Below the pieces are notes generated by a model that made no database searches, was not told the DNA's origin, and saw only the letters and a list, made by a program, of their open reading frames with translations. DNA of 64,000 nucleotides from a virus. Its lineage: Duplodnaviria; Caudoviricetes. Below are positions 10,419 through 19,913 of the stretch, piece by piece; the first letter of the stretch is position 1, and each line of letters begins with the position of its first letter. The translations under genes and the position numbers were made by a program. The stretch lies in the IMG/VR virus record IMGVR_UViG_3300033121_001571, one strand, 5' to 3'.

Positions 10419-11107
10419 ACAAGTTAAAAATACACTTTCTCTCTTACAGAGACTGGGCAGAACCAATTTTGCAATCAGTAAAGAGACATCCAAGAGTTGG
10501 ATACGTAGATCAATCAAAAACAATTAATGATTACTTAAGCAATGGAGTTAAACACTATGACATAGTGATGTTATGTGGGTGGTCAAATTGGGATTTTGAG
10601 TCAAAACTATATAGTTTTGATATCAAAACTATCATTAATGATAATCTCAATAAAACACTTCATGTTGGACTTCACTGTGCTGAAAGTGATCTGTTTCACA
10701 CTACACCACTTCAAAATCAAATCATCAATGGCGTAAAAGACTCTAAACACAGAGTATTCAAAGTGGGTCTACCCGAGTTAATTCATAGAGAGTACTCACA
10801 CGAAGTTGATTTGTCTTTAAGAGGAAATATTGAAGATGTTTTTAAACAGCTTACTTACACAGGAATTGTTCTCTACGATAGATTTTTAGATGATTATCCA
10901 AATATTGTTTGGAAGACATGGCCAGAAGAAAACAACAGATTTCAAAGTAGAACTCCCGCAGATTCTGAGATGAAAAACTTCAAAGATATGACATGTGAAC
11001 AGATGTATGATTTCATCAGATGTCTTGGTGATCCATACCCAAATGCTTTTGTGTCTGATGAAACGGGTGAACTTTATTTTGAAAAAGTGAGGTTCAAAAA
11101 GAAATGA
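10415..11107 (+). CDS. Divergent formyltransferase-like protein
   Basis: YRDW, GWS, PLQNQI, IRCLGDPYPNAF; paralog of the next gene; ATG 10415 overlaps upstream stop. Confidence 0.65.
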   Translation: MNKLKIHFLSYRDWAEPILQSVKRHPRVGYVDQSKTINDYLSNGVKHYDIVMLCGWSNWDFESKLYSFDIKTIINDNLNKTLHVGLHCAESDLFHTTPLQNQIINGVKDSKHRVFKVGLPELIHREYSHEVDLSLRGNIEDVFKQLTYTGIVLYDRFLDDYPNIVWKTWPEENNRFQSRTPADSEMKNFKDMTCEQMYDFIRCLGDPYPNAFVSDETGELYFEKVRFKKK

Positions 11108-11778
11108 ACGTACTGTTTTGTGCTTACAGAGACTGGGGATTGTCTGTTTATCAGAATTTTGTAGAGAAGAGATCTTATCTTTGGCACAAAGATTCTAAAA
11201 AGATTCACTGTAGTTTATGTTCTACAAAAGAATCTCTAGAAGAAATGGTAAAATCACAACATTATGATATAATCGTGTTGTTGGGATGGAGCTGGAAAGT
11301 ACCGAATCATATCGTAGATTCTCACTATGTCATAGGAATGCACCCATCAGATTTACCTGATTATGCAGGTGGTTCACCGTTACAAAACCAAATACTTGAC
11401 GGTTTAACTATGACTAAGGCAACGTTATTCAAGTTAGATAAAAATTTTGATTCTGGTCCAATACTTGGAAAAGTTGATCTGTCGTTAGAAGGTCACATAG
11501 AAGATATCTTTAAAAATCTTAGTGCTGCATCGAATATTTTGTTAGACTCATTTTTTCAGTCTTATCCCAACATAACTGAGATAGCACAGACAAAAACATT
11601 TTCTAAAAAGAGGTTGAAACCAGAAGACTCTTCTCTAACGAAAGAGAAATTATTAAACATGTCTGCTAAAAAACTTTATGATGAAATCAGGTGCAGAGAA
11701 GATCCTTACCCAAACGTAACACTTGAGGATGAAACTGGCACCCTAATCTTTAAAAGAGTGGAGTTCATTCCAAAATGA
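11104..11778 (+). CDS. Sugar N-formyltransferase (Fmt family)
   Basis: HPSDLPDYAGGSPLQNQI; FDSGPI. Confidence 0.82.
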   Translation: MNVLFCAYRDWGLSVYQNFVEKRSYLWHKDSKKIHCSLCSTKESLEEMVKSQHYDIIVLLGWSWKVPNHIVDSHYVIGMHPSDLPDYAGGSPLQNQILDGLTMTKATLFKLDKNFDSGPILGKVDLSLEGHIEDIFKNLSAASNILLDSFFQSYPNITEIAQTKTFSKKRLKPEDSSLTKEKLLNMSAKKLYDEIRCREDPYPNVTLEDETGTLIFKRVEFIPK

Positions 11779-12518
11779 AAAGTGTATTTGTTGGTACGAT
11801 GTTTTCGGGTGAAGGTGATTTCAAATACTGTTGTGATGCAATCAAAAAGCAGAGAAGTGTTGGAGTGACACATTGTGTCATAACAGATCTTTCTGAGATA
11901 GATGCCCACAATAAATTGTGGGAATCGTGGAACAACGTAAAACACTCTTACGATCTTTTCATAAAAGTTGATGCTGATACAGTTTTAAGTCACAACAATA
12001 TTATTGCAAATATTCTAAGTGTATTTGAAGCAAACCCAGATCTCACTGGGTTACAAGCGCCATTATACGATTACTACACTGATTCTATGATAAATGGATT
12101 GAACTGTTTTACAAAAGATGTTGTGTTTAATGTCACAAGCGATAAACTTTTCTGTGACAGAAATGTAGACACAAACCACAAACAAGTTTTCAAAGCAAAA
12201 GATCTAAAAAAAGAATGGAATATAACTCCAGCTGGTTTTCACTGTGTAAATGCTAATGAAAAACAATCATTTCATTACGGAGTGCACAGAAAACTTAAAA
12301 ATCAAGATGATATCATTTCTTTAGTGAATAATGCTTTTCAAAAACACAAAGATAAAAATAGAGCATACTGTCTTTTAGGAGCACACTTTGCACAAACGCT
12401 AGATAAACAACATAACTACACAGATGAAGCTTTCACAAAAGCTTTTACATCAACAAAGAAAAACTTCAAAAATCTGTGTAAAAACACTCTAAATGTTGAG
12501 GTAGTTGATGATTATTGA
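11775..12518 (+). CDS. Putative GT-A glycosyltransferase
   Basis: IKVDADTV DxD motif in a glycosylation operon. Confidence 0.55.
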   Translation: MKSVFVGTMFSGEGDFKYCCDAIKKQRSVGVTHCVITDLSEIDAHNKLWESWNNVKHSYDLFIKVDADTVLSHNNIIANILSVFEANPDLTGLQAPLYDYYTDSMINGLNCFTKDVVFNVTSDKLFCDRNVDTNHKQVFKAKDLKKEWNITPAGFHCVNANEKQSFHYGVHRKLKNQDDIISLVNNAFQKHKDKNRAYCLLGAHFAQTLDKQHNYTDEAFTKAFTSTKKNFKNLCKNTLNVEVVDDY

Positions 12519-13425
12519 TCTAGTAGACAGTTTAGAATACACAACAACTAATTGTTTTGCTCACCAGTTACACAAGAAATTATCGCAGTTTGCCAATGTT
12601 AAAACAGTTGAGTTAAAGAACTTATCCAACATAGATTTCAAAAATTGCGAATTAGTTGTTTCTCGCCTAAAACAAAGAACTCTTTTTAGAGAGTTGAGTA
12701 GAATTAGTGTCTTTTTGAAAGACACACCAATTGTGATTTATGATCAAGATCCTTGGGAAGCTTTTCGAAAAACTTCTCCATATCATGGAACGTATAAAGC
12801 ATGCAGAGACGGTCTAAACGTGCAATTTTTTGCAGTGACGACCAGATGGTGGCAAGAATATCTTTCTAAGTCTGGATATAGTTCCCAGTTTGTAAAAATG
12901 TGGGTGCTTCCTGAGTACACTCTAAGTGAAGTAACAACCGCTTCTAGAAGAACACAACTAGGCTTTCTTGGAACTTTACATTCACATAGAAAAAAGCTCT
13001 TTAATGAGCTTACAAATGATAACATAGATGTCATTTGTAAAACATCAACACTTGGCTACGCAGCATATCTACAGGCTCTTTCTAAGATAGAGTGTTTTAT
13101 TCATTCTGAAAATTCTCCAATTGAAATGTTTGATCAGAACGCTAATATGAATTATGGATTGTGGGTAAAAGAAATTGAGGCTATGTCACAAGGTTGTTTT
13201 TGTATCAGGGATAAAGGATTAGACTCTGAGTCTTATCTTGAGAACACAAAAACTGTATTTTTGTATGATAACGTATCAGAAGTTAAAGACATTGTCAAAA
13301 ATTTGAATAATCTCTCTGAAAAAGAGAAAATAGAGATGTTAAATGAATCTATTCAATTTGTTAGATCTAAAGACGTGTGGGGTGAAACTGCAAACATCTT
13401 ACTTCTGAACAAAGGTATAATTTGA
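12505..13425 (+). CDS. Putative GT-B (CgeB-like) glycosyltransferase
   Basis: DQDPWE, LGFLGTLHSHRK, KEIEAMSQGCF. Confidence 0.55.
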   Translation: MMIIDLVDSLEYTTTNCFAHQLHKKLSQFANVKTVELKNLSNIDFKNCELVVSRLKQRTLFRELSRISVFLKDTPIVIYDQDPWEAFRKTSPYHGTYKACRDGLNVQFFAVTTRWWQEYLSKSGYSSQFVKMWVLPEYTLSEVTTASRRTQLGFLGTLHSHRKKLFNELTNDNIDVICKTSTLGYAAYLQALSKIECFIHSENSPIEMFDQNANMNYGLWVKEIEAMSQGCFCIRDKGLDSESYLENTKTVFLYDNVSEVKDIVKNLNNLSEKEKIEMLNESIQFVRSKDVWGETANILLLNKGII

Positions 13426-13439
13426 CGTATTATTGATAT

Positions 13440-14579
13440 GTGAAAGTAATTCATAGCGTTTCAGTAATTGGTCAAGGATTTGTCGGTGGTTCACTATCTA
13501 AAGTCTTAATGGAGAAAGGTGTTGCTGTATGTGCATATGATATTGCAGGGAAATACGTTAGCGGCGTGTTTCAAGCACACGATTTTATTAGACACAATTC
13601 ATGTGTAGATCTTGAAGAAGCGATTGATTATTTACAGACACGAGATATGAAATTTTCAAACATTTATTTTGTGTGCTTACCAACACCAATGAATGCTGAC
13701 GGTAGTGCTGATCTCTCTATCATTGAGAGCACTCTTAAAGACTTAGCTTCTTCACCAAGAAAAAAAATAGTTGTTATCAAATCAACAGTTCCACCTGGTT
13801 CTACTGAACGTTGGAACAAAGAATACAAAGACTCGTCAATTAGAATCATATTCAATCCTGAATTTTTACGTGAAGCTTCTGCATTAGATGATATGAGAAA
13901 CCAAGACAGAATTGTTTTGGGTGGCCCTAGACCAGAGATAAATTCTGTCAAAAGATTTTATGAGTCTGTTTTTCCAAATGTACCCATCATCAAAACATCA
14001 TCAACAACTGCAGAGATGGTAAAATATGTGACTAACATTCATTTAGCAGTGAAAGTTTCACTAGCAAATGAATTCTATCAAATCTGTGAAGTTCTAGATA
14101 AAAGAGGATTAAACATTGACTATGATAAGGTCATTGAGTATGCAACAGTTGATAAGCGACTAGGCAATAGTCACTGGAAAGTTCCTGGCCCTATGCCAGC
14201 TGATGATACTGGTGATCCTGCGTTCGGGTTTGGCGGATCGTGTGTTATTGGTCAATCAAGTGTAAGACTAGGTTCAAATCGTTGTATCTCAGTAGAACAA
14301 ATGTATGAGATTCATCAATTTACTAATGACATGACATTGCTTAGTACAGATATGACTTGTAACAACTTACAGGTGAAATCAGTTTTGAAATCAACTAGAA
14401 AAAAATACAGTGGAAATGTAATAGAATTTAAGATTGGTGATAAAACAATAACAACAACGCCAGAACATTTTTTCCCAGTGATAAGAGAAGGAAAGTTATT
14501 ACTGCTTCAAGCTTGTGAAATTGTTAACACTGATGAATTATTTCTCCTTGAAGAAGATAAAGATGAAAAGAACAAATAA
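13440..14579 (+). CDS. ugd: UDP-glucose/GDP-mannose dehydrogenase N-extein (267 aa) fused to split intein N-half (14241-14576)
   Basis: GQGFVG, CLPTP, KSTVPPG, NPEFLRE, AEMVKY, GFGGS, then Cys1 (CVIGQS) and block-B TTPEH, then stop. Confidence 0.92.
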   Translation: MKVIHSVSVIGQGFVGGSLSKVLMEKGVAVCAYDIAGKYVSGVFQAHDFIRHNSCVDLEEAIDYLQTRDMKFSNIYFVCLPTPMNADGSADLSIIESTLKDLASSPRKKIVVIKSTVPPGSTERWNKEYKDSSIRIIFNPEFLREASALDDMRNQDRIVLGGPRPEINSVKRFYESVFPNVPIIKTSSTTAEMVKYVTNIHLAVKVSLANEFYQICEVLDKRGLNIDYDKVIEYATVDKRLGNSHWKVPGPMPADDTGDPAFGFGGSCVIGQSSVRLGSNRCISVEQMYEIHQFTNDMTLLSTDMTCNNLQVKSVLKSTRKKYSGNVIEFKIGDKTITTTPEHFFPVIREGKLLLLQACEIVNTDELFLLEEDKDEKNK

Positions 14580-15422
14580 AGTAAAAATTTCTTGTCAAGA
14601 GTGTGGCATTGAAATATTGGTGACTAAGCAGAAATCATTAAAGAAAAAATATTGCTCTAGAAATTGTCAAGCTAAACATTATCGTGAGAGTGGGATGTTT
14701 AGTGGAGTAAAAAATCCCTCTTACGGAAAAGTGTATAGAACAAAAATAACTCATCCTGAATGGGCTAAAAAAATTCGATCAAACACAAAAGGAATTAATT
14801 CTGGAAATAAGAATGGGATGAAAAATCCTGAAGTTGCCAAACGTATGAGTAAGACTCGCCGTGAAAAAGTTACTTCTTCTTTGGAATATAGAAAAAATTT
14901 AAGCAAAAAAATGATTGCTGCGTGGAAAGCTGGGAAGTATGAAAATGTAAATGTAGGAAGATGCAAATGGTACACTCTTCTTAAGAAGAATGGCTCAACT
15001 TGTAAAGTTCAAGGTAAGTGGGAACTTGCATATGCAAAATATTTAGATGATAATGATATTGAATTTTTAGCTCATCGAGGAAGAATATCTTATGTAGATG
15101 ATTTTGGAAATTCTAGATCATATTATCCTGATTTTTTTCTTGTGAAAAATAAAGTGTATGTAGAAATTAAAGCTGATTATTGGTTAAAATTGCAAGAAAA
15201 CAAATTTTCTCTGATTAAAAATCAGAATGTTAACATTAGTATCGAAATTCTCACAAAAAAAGAATTGAAAGAACTTGGTGTAATGTGAAAATTCAAGCAA
15301 AAAAAATTGATTCGATAACAGTAAAACACTACGATGGTTTCGTATATAACGTTGAAGTTAAATCTTTAGATCAAGAAAATGATGATTTATTTTGGATTGT
15401 TAATGATGTGTTAACACACAAT
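14241..15422 (+). mobile_element. Split intein with intervening homing endonuclease gene (fractured gene)
   Basis: IntN C1...TxxH; IntC VYNVEV...THN followed by Cys+1; out-of-frame endonuclease ORF between them. Confidence 0.92.
14563..15288 (+). CDS. Free-standing homing endonuclease (Zn-ribbon + NUMOD3-like + PD-(D/E)XK)
   Basis: CQECG...YCSRNC; NPSYGK and NGMKNPEV repeats; QGKWE...YYPDFFL...VEIK; likely ATG at 14563. Confidence 0.85.
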   Translation: MKRTNKVKISCQECGIEILVTKQKSLKKKYCSRNCQAKHYRESGMFSGVKNPSYGKVYRTKITHPEWAKKIRSNTKGINSGNKNGMKNPEVAKRMSKTRREKVTSSLEYRKNLSKKMIAAWKAGKYENVNVGRCKWYTLLKKNGSTCKVQGKWELAYAKYLDDNDIEFLAHRGRISYVDDFGNSRSYYPDFFLVKNKVYVEIKADYWLKLQENKFSLIKNQNVNISIEILTKKELKELGVM

Positions 15423-15575
15423 TGTTTCATCAAGGATCTTAATGCACTTATGTCACTATCGAAAACGCTGGGAATTAATCCATCAACTATGAATGGTGCT
15501 TGGGAAAAGAATTTAGAAGTTAGACCTCAAAGAGATTGGGAAAAATTGTTAGGTAGAGCCGTAAGCAAAAAATGA
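15285..15575 (+). CDS. ugd: Split intein C-half (46 aa) + dehydrogenase C-extein (CFIKD..., 50 aa)
   Basis: LTHN|CFIKDLNAL completes the GFGGS-CFxKD active-site motif. Confidence 0.92.
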   Translation: MKIQAKKIDSITVKHYDGFVYNVEVKSLDQENDDLFWIVNDVLTHNCFIKDLNALMSLSKTLGINPSTMNGAWEKNLEVRPQRDWEKLLGRAVSKK

Positions 15576-16396
15576 ACTTTAACAATTTACCTACGAATAA
15601 ACCTCATATCTCTTTCAGTGAAGCCAAAGTTTGGAAAGAGTGTGGTTGGCGTCACAGATTGAGATATATCAAAAACATTGATCTTGATAAGCCATCTGCT
15701 GCTTTAACGTTCGGTACTGCACAACACGCAGCAATTGAAAATCTGTTAACGACTGGTGATTCACAATTAGAATCACATATAGAATTTTTACGTACACAAT
15801 GGACTGAAAATCCTGATTTTGAAAAATCAGATCCTATTGAAAAAGTTGTTCTGCAATTGAAAACTATAACTTCTGAGTTTATTCCATTTTTAAATGAAAC
15901 GTTTCCCGGTTGGAAACATGAGCACTCAGAGTTTTTATTGTATGAACAGATAAGTGATAAACCACACGCGTTTAAAGGATTCATAGATCTTATCATATCT
16001 GTGCCTCATAAAAACAAAAGAAAATACTGGATCTTAGATCTTAAGACTACGACTTGGGGATGGACTTCAGAAAAAAAATCTGATGAGTCTATGAGATCAC
16101 AGTTGTTGTTATATAAGCATTTTTGGTGCACAAAACAAAACATACCTCTTAATGATGTGTTATGTGGATTTATTCTCTTAAAAAGAACTGTTGAAAAACA
16201 AAATAAACGATGTGAACTAGTCAAGGTTTCATCAGGTGATATCAGCATAGGTAGATCACTAAAGGTTGTTTCAAACATGTTGTATGCTGTAAACAACAAT
16301 AAAGTTTTCAAAAATTTTGATTCATGTCGTTGGTGTCCATACAGGGGTTCAGAACCAAATTGGTCTGTGTGGTCAAATTGCAAAACACACGATTAA
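15572..16396 (+). CDS. PD-(D/E)XK nuclease, Cas4/AddB/RecB-like
   Basis: ISFS...C; FGTAQH; GFIDL; ILDLKT; QLLLY; CRWCPY...C. Confidence 0.85.
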   Translation: MNFNNLPTNKPHISFSEAKVWKECGWRHRLRYIKNIDLDKPSAALTFGTAQHAAIENLLTTGDSQLESHIEFLRTQWTENPDFEKSDPIEKVVLQLKTITSEFIPFLNETFPGWKHEHSEFLLYEQISDKPHAFKGFIDLIISVPHKNKRKYWILDLKTTTWGWTSEKKSDESMRSQLLLYKHFWCTKQNIPLNDVLCGFILLKRTVEKQNKRCELVKVSSGDISIGRSLKVVSNMLYAVNNNKVFKNFDSCRWCPYRGSEPNWSVWSNCKTHD

Positions 16397-16436
16397 AGGA
16401 TTGTACTTGTGATTCGCGCAAAATATCTTGTTCTAA

Positions 16437-17714
16437 ATGGCTTTTCTGAATGCGCAATCAAAAAAACACAAGATTTTGATGTTAAGTGACCATCCGCTTA
16501 GCGTTAGCGGAGTTGGAGTACAATCAAGATATCTGATCAATGGTTTATTGAGCACAAATAAATATTCATTTAGGTGCTTCGGCGGAGCACTAAAGCATGA
16601 ATCTATGGAAACTATCACAGTTAATAGTGATTTTGTCATCAAGCCAACAAATGGATTTGGTGACAAAAATATGTTAAGACAAGCGCTGGTCGAGGTAAAA
16701 CCAGATGCACTTCTGTTGTTCACCGATCCTAGATTTTTTATCTGGGTATGGGAAATGGAAGATGAAGTTCACCAAGTTTGTCCTATTGTTTACAACCACA
16801 TTTGGGATAATCCTCCTTGGCCGGAGTACAACAGGGTGCTTTACGAAAGCACAGATTATTTGAATTGTATCAATCATCCAATCTATGAGATGGTCTCTCA
16901 AAGATTTCCAGAAAAATCATCTTATATACCACATGCAGTGCCGCCAGATCTTTTTTATCCCTTAACCCCAGATGCACAAGCAAAAAACAGAGTTGCATTA
17001 TATGGACCTTCAAGAGCAGATCACTTTATAGTACTCTTTGTTTCAAGAAATGCTATGAGAAAATCACCCGGCGATATCATAGTTGGATTCAAGATGTTTC
17101 TTGATGAACTAGAGAAAAAAGAAGGTCATAGAAAAGCTACGTTAGTTATGCACACAGATCCTCTTGATCAAGAGGGTCCAAATTTACATCACATCATTGA
17201 TGTATTTGGTGTTAAAGAAAATGTCTTCTTTTCAAGAGATAGAATTGGGTTCAATGAAATGAACTTACTCTATAACTCTGTAGATGCTGTGATTCAAGTT
17301 TCAAGAAATGAAGGATTTGGTCTGTCTTTGTTAGAGGCAAAGATGGCAGAAAAACCAATTATCTCTAGCATGACTGGTGGATGCACAAGACAAGTGTTAG
17401 ACCATGAAACAGGCGAAGAGTATGGTGCAGCACTAAAACCAGACGCAAGAATGTTAGTTGGAAACCAATTAACTCCGTACATCTATGAAGATGTGTGTTC
17501 TCATGAAACGATAAGCAATGGAATTATGAAAGTATACAACATGGGTCCAACTGGAAGAGCCGTTCTTGGAAAGAAAGCACGACAACATGCTATGAAACAC
17601 TACAACATGAATCACCTCATTTCAGAGTGGGATAGAACTCTAGAAGACACTATAAACAAATGGAAGAGTGGGTTGTTACCAAATAACAAGAGATGGGCAG
17701 TCAAGGAGCTGTGA
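16437..17714 (+). CDS. GT4 glycosyltransferase
   Basis: SGVG, RNAMRK, EGFGLSLLEA. Confidence 0.9.
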   Translation: MAFLNAQSKKHKILMLSDHPLSVSGVGVQSRYLINGLLSTNKYSFRCFGGALKHESMETITVNSDFVIKPTNGFGDKNMLRQALVEVKPDALLLFTDPRFFIWVWEMEDEVHQVCPIVYNHIWDNPPWPEYNRVLYESTDYLNCINHPIYEMVSQRFPEKSSYIPHAVPPDLFYPLTPDAQAKNRVALYGPSRADHFIVLFVSRNAMRKSPGDIIVGFKMFLDELEKKEGHRKATLVMHTDPLDQEGPNLHHIIDVFGVKENVFFSRDRIGFNEMNLLYNSVDAVIQVSRNEGFGLSLLEAKMAEKPIISSMTGGCTRQVLDHETGEEYGAALKPDARMLVGNQLTPYIYEDVCSHETISNGIMKVYNMGPTGRAVLGKKARQHAMKHYNMNHLISEWDRTLEDTINKWKSGLLPNNKRWAVKEL

Positions 17715-18871
17715 TGAATAAGAAATCTGTAGTACTACGTGCACCTGTGTTAACACAAAGTGGTTATGGAGTGCACTCACGTCAAGTTGCTTCTTGGCTT
17801 CTTTCTAGAAATGACGTAGATCTGAGTATCATTCCAACGCAATGGGGTGACACTCCATGGATTTTAAATGAGAAGTTTGAAAGTGGTTTAATTGGAAAGA
17901 TTCTAGAAAAGTGCACCTCACCCAAGCAAAAACCTGATTTTTCTTATCAACTTGTTTTACCCAATGAGTGGGATGCTTCTATGGCTAACAAAAATGTTGG
18001 GATGACAGCAGCAGTTGAAACAGATCGTTGTCATCCTTCGTGGCCATCGTTTTGTAACAAAATGGATGCAGTAATTTTTCCGTCTACTCACGCGTTGGCA
18101 AGCATCAATAACGTTGAAAAAATCAAAACTAAGACTTACGTTGTACCTGAATCTTATTCAGAGGTTTTTTTAAGTGATCCATTGAAAGTAGATTTTGGAT
18201 TTAAGACACCTTATAACTTTTTGATGGTTGGACAGTTAACTGGAAACAATCCTCACAATGACAGAAAGAACATATTCTACACTATTAAGTGGTTGTGTGA
18301 AGTTTTTAAGGATGATCCAAATGTTGGTGTTGTTATAAAGACAAATTCAGGTAGAAACACTTTAATCGATCGAAAAATAGTCACTAATTTATTTGAGCAG
18401 CTAATGCTCGAAGCTCGCAGAGGACCATATCCAAAGTTTTATTTGTTGCATGGCGATATGAGTGATTCTGAGATGTGTAGTTTGTACAAAGATTCATCTG
18501 TGAAAGCACTAGTAAATCTAGGACACGGTGAAGGATTCGGCCTTCCTATTCTTGAAGCAGCAGTTACTGGTCTTCCAATTATCGCAACTGGTTGGTCTGG
18601 TTACACAGATTTCTTAACAAAGAAAGACTACGTGAGCGTGAATTATCAGTTAGAACAGATTCCAAATTCTAGAGTTGATCAACAAATCTTTGTCAAAGAT
18701 GCTAGGTGGGCGGCGCCTTCGAGTGAAGACTTTAAGAGAAAAGTGAAGAAGTTTATGACATCAAATGAGCCTCTCCAGTGGGCAAACGATCTTAAAGTTA
18801 GAATAAGGGATTCGCACAGTGCTGAATCAATAAATCAGTTGTACAACATTGTTTTTGAGGAGTTGCAATAA
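17714..18871 (+). CDS. GT4 glycosyltransferase
   Basis: SGYGVHSR, DRKNI, HGEGFGLPILEA. Confidence 0.9.
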   Translation: MNKKSVVLRAPVLTQSGYGVHSRQVASWLLSRNDVDLSIIPTQWGDTPWILNEKFESGLIGKILEKCTSPKQKPDFSYQLVLPNEWDASMANKNVGMTAAVETDRCHPSWPSFCNKMDAVIFPSTHALASINNVEKIKTKTYVVPESYSEVFLSDPLKVDFGFKTPYNFLMVGQLTGNNPHNDRKNIFYTIKWLCEVFKDDPNVGVVIKTNSGRNTLIDRKIVTNLFEQLMLEARRGPYPKFYLLHGDMSDSEMCSLYKDSSVKALVNLGHGEGFGLPILEAAVTGLPIIATGWSGYTDFLTKKDYVSVNYQLEQIPNSRVDQQIFVKDARWAAPSSEDFKRKVKKFMTSNEPLQWANDLKVRIRDSHSAESINQLYNIVFEELQ

Positions 18872-18874
18872 CAC

Positions 18875-19180
18875 ATGAACTTTGTAATATTCGTAGTTTT
18901 TTTGTGTGTAGTCATTTGTTTGACAGTTTCAATTGCAATGAATGTGAGACTATATTCAAATTTAGACAAGCTAAGTGATTCTCATGAAATTCTTTTAGAG
19001 CTACACGAAAATACAAAAGAAAAATTTGTGTCCCTAAAAGAATCTCTCACTTCTCTTAACAATAAGGAAGTTTTTTTTGATGATCCTAAGTTGATTCCAT
19101 ATTATAAGAACGTAAATGAAATCATGGCTTTGTTAGAAAATATCAAAAATAGTTTAGAAGAAATTACAATCGATGAGTGA
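18875..19180 (+). CDS. Membrane-anchored coiled-coil hypothetical protein
   Basis: N-terminal hydrophobic helix followed by heptad pattern. Confidence 0.6.
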   Translation: MNFVIFVVFLCVVICLTVSIAMNVRLYSNLDKLSDSHEILLELHENTKEKFVSLKESLTSLNNKEVFFDDPKLIPYYKNVNEIMALLENIKNSLEEITIDE

Positions 19181-19913
19181 AACAAAAGTCAAAAAGAGGA
19201 TCAGAAGATCAAAGTCAGGATCCCCCACCAAACACTATTTTAACATAGATACACAAAATGCTATAATTGCATATCAAAAATTAGCACCAGATGCTAAATT
19301 AGAAAAAGATAAACTTTACACTAAAGAGATATTACCAGCTTTTTTGAAGCTCGTAGAAAATTTAGTCAATATTCATAAATTCACGTCTGCAAATCAGACA
19401 CAAGATGAACTTAAAAACGATTGTGTCAATTTTTTGTTTGAAACTATCAGAAAGTATGATGCGACACGAGGTACAGCTGCATTTTCTTATTTTAACGTTG
19501 TAGCAAAGAGGTACTTGATTATACAGACAAAGAACAGAATATCAAAAATGAAAAAAATAGTGAGTTTAGATGACTTTGACTCACTAAATCAATCTGACCA
19601 GAGAACAATTGAAGAATATTCTATGTTAGCATCGCAAGATCAAAGACTTGATATCGAAAACTCGAAGAATGAGTTAAGCTTAGCGCTTCTTAGGCTTAAG
19701 AACAGCGCGACGTCAGAAACTGAATTAAATGTTGTTAACGCTATCATCACAATTTTTGAAAATGCTGAGGATATTGACATCATCAATAGAAATGCAACGA
19801 TGTTATACTTAAAAGAGATGTCAGGCTTGCAACAAAAACAAATGACTGCTATAATGCAAGTTATAAAGAAAAAATTTAGAGCATTAAGAAAAGAGATGCA
19901 AAATGAAAGATAA
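19173..19913 (+). CDS. Phage sigma-factor-like protein (possible late sigma)
   Basis: DELKNDCVNFLFETIRKYDATRGTAAFSYFNVVAKRYL resembles sigma region 2; lies upstream of structural genes. Confidence 0.7.
   Translation: MSETKVKKRIRRSKSGSPTKHYFNIDTQNAIIAYQKLAPDAKLEKDKLYTKEILPAFLKLVENLVNIHKFTSANQTQDELKNDCVNFLFETIRKYDATRGTAAFSYFNVVAKRYLIIQTKNRISKMKKIVSLDDFDSLNQSDQRTIEEYSMLASQDQRLDIENSKNELSLALLRLKNSATSETELNVVNAIITIFENAEDIDIINRNATMLYLKEMSGLQQKQMTAIMQVIKKKFRALRKEMQNER

Noticed and set aside
15572-16396. CRISPR-Cas system (Cas4-like nuclease)
   Set aside because: No repeat-spacer array or other cas genes; solo Cas4/RecB-like nucleases are common in phages
264-18871. Bacterial O-antigen/capsule locus
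   Set aside because: No wzx/wzy/wzm/wzt or initiating transferase; contiguous with phage baseplate genes and contains a phage-style fractured gene
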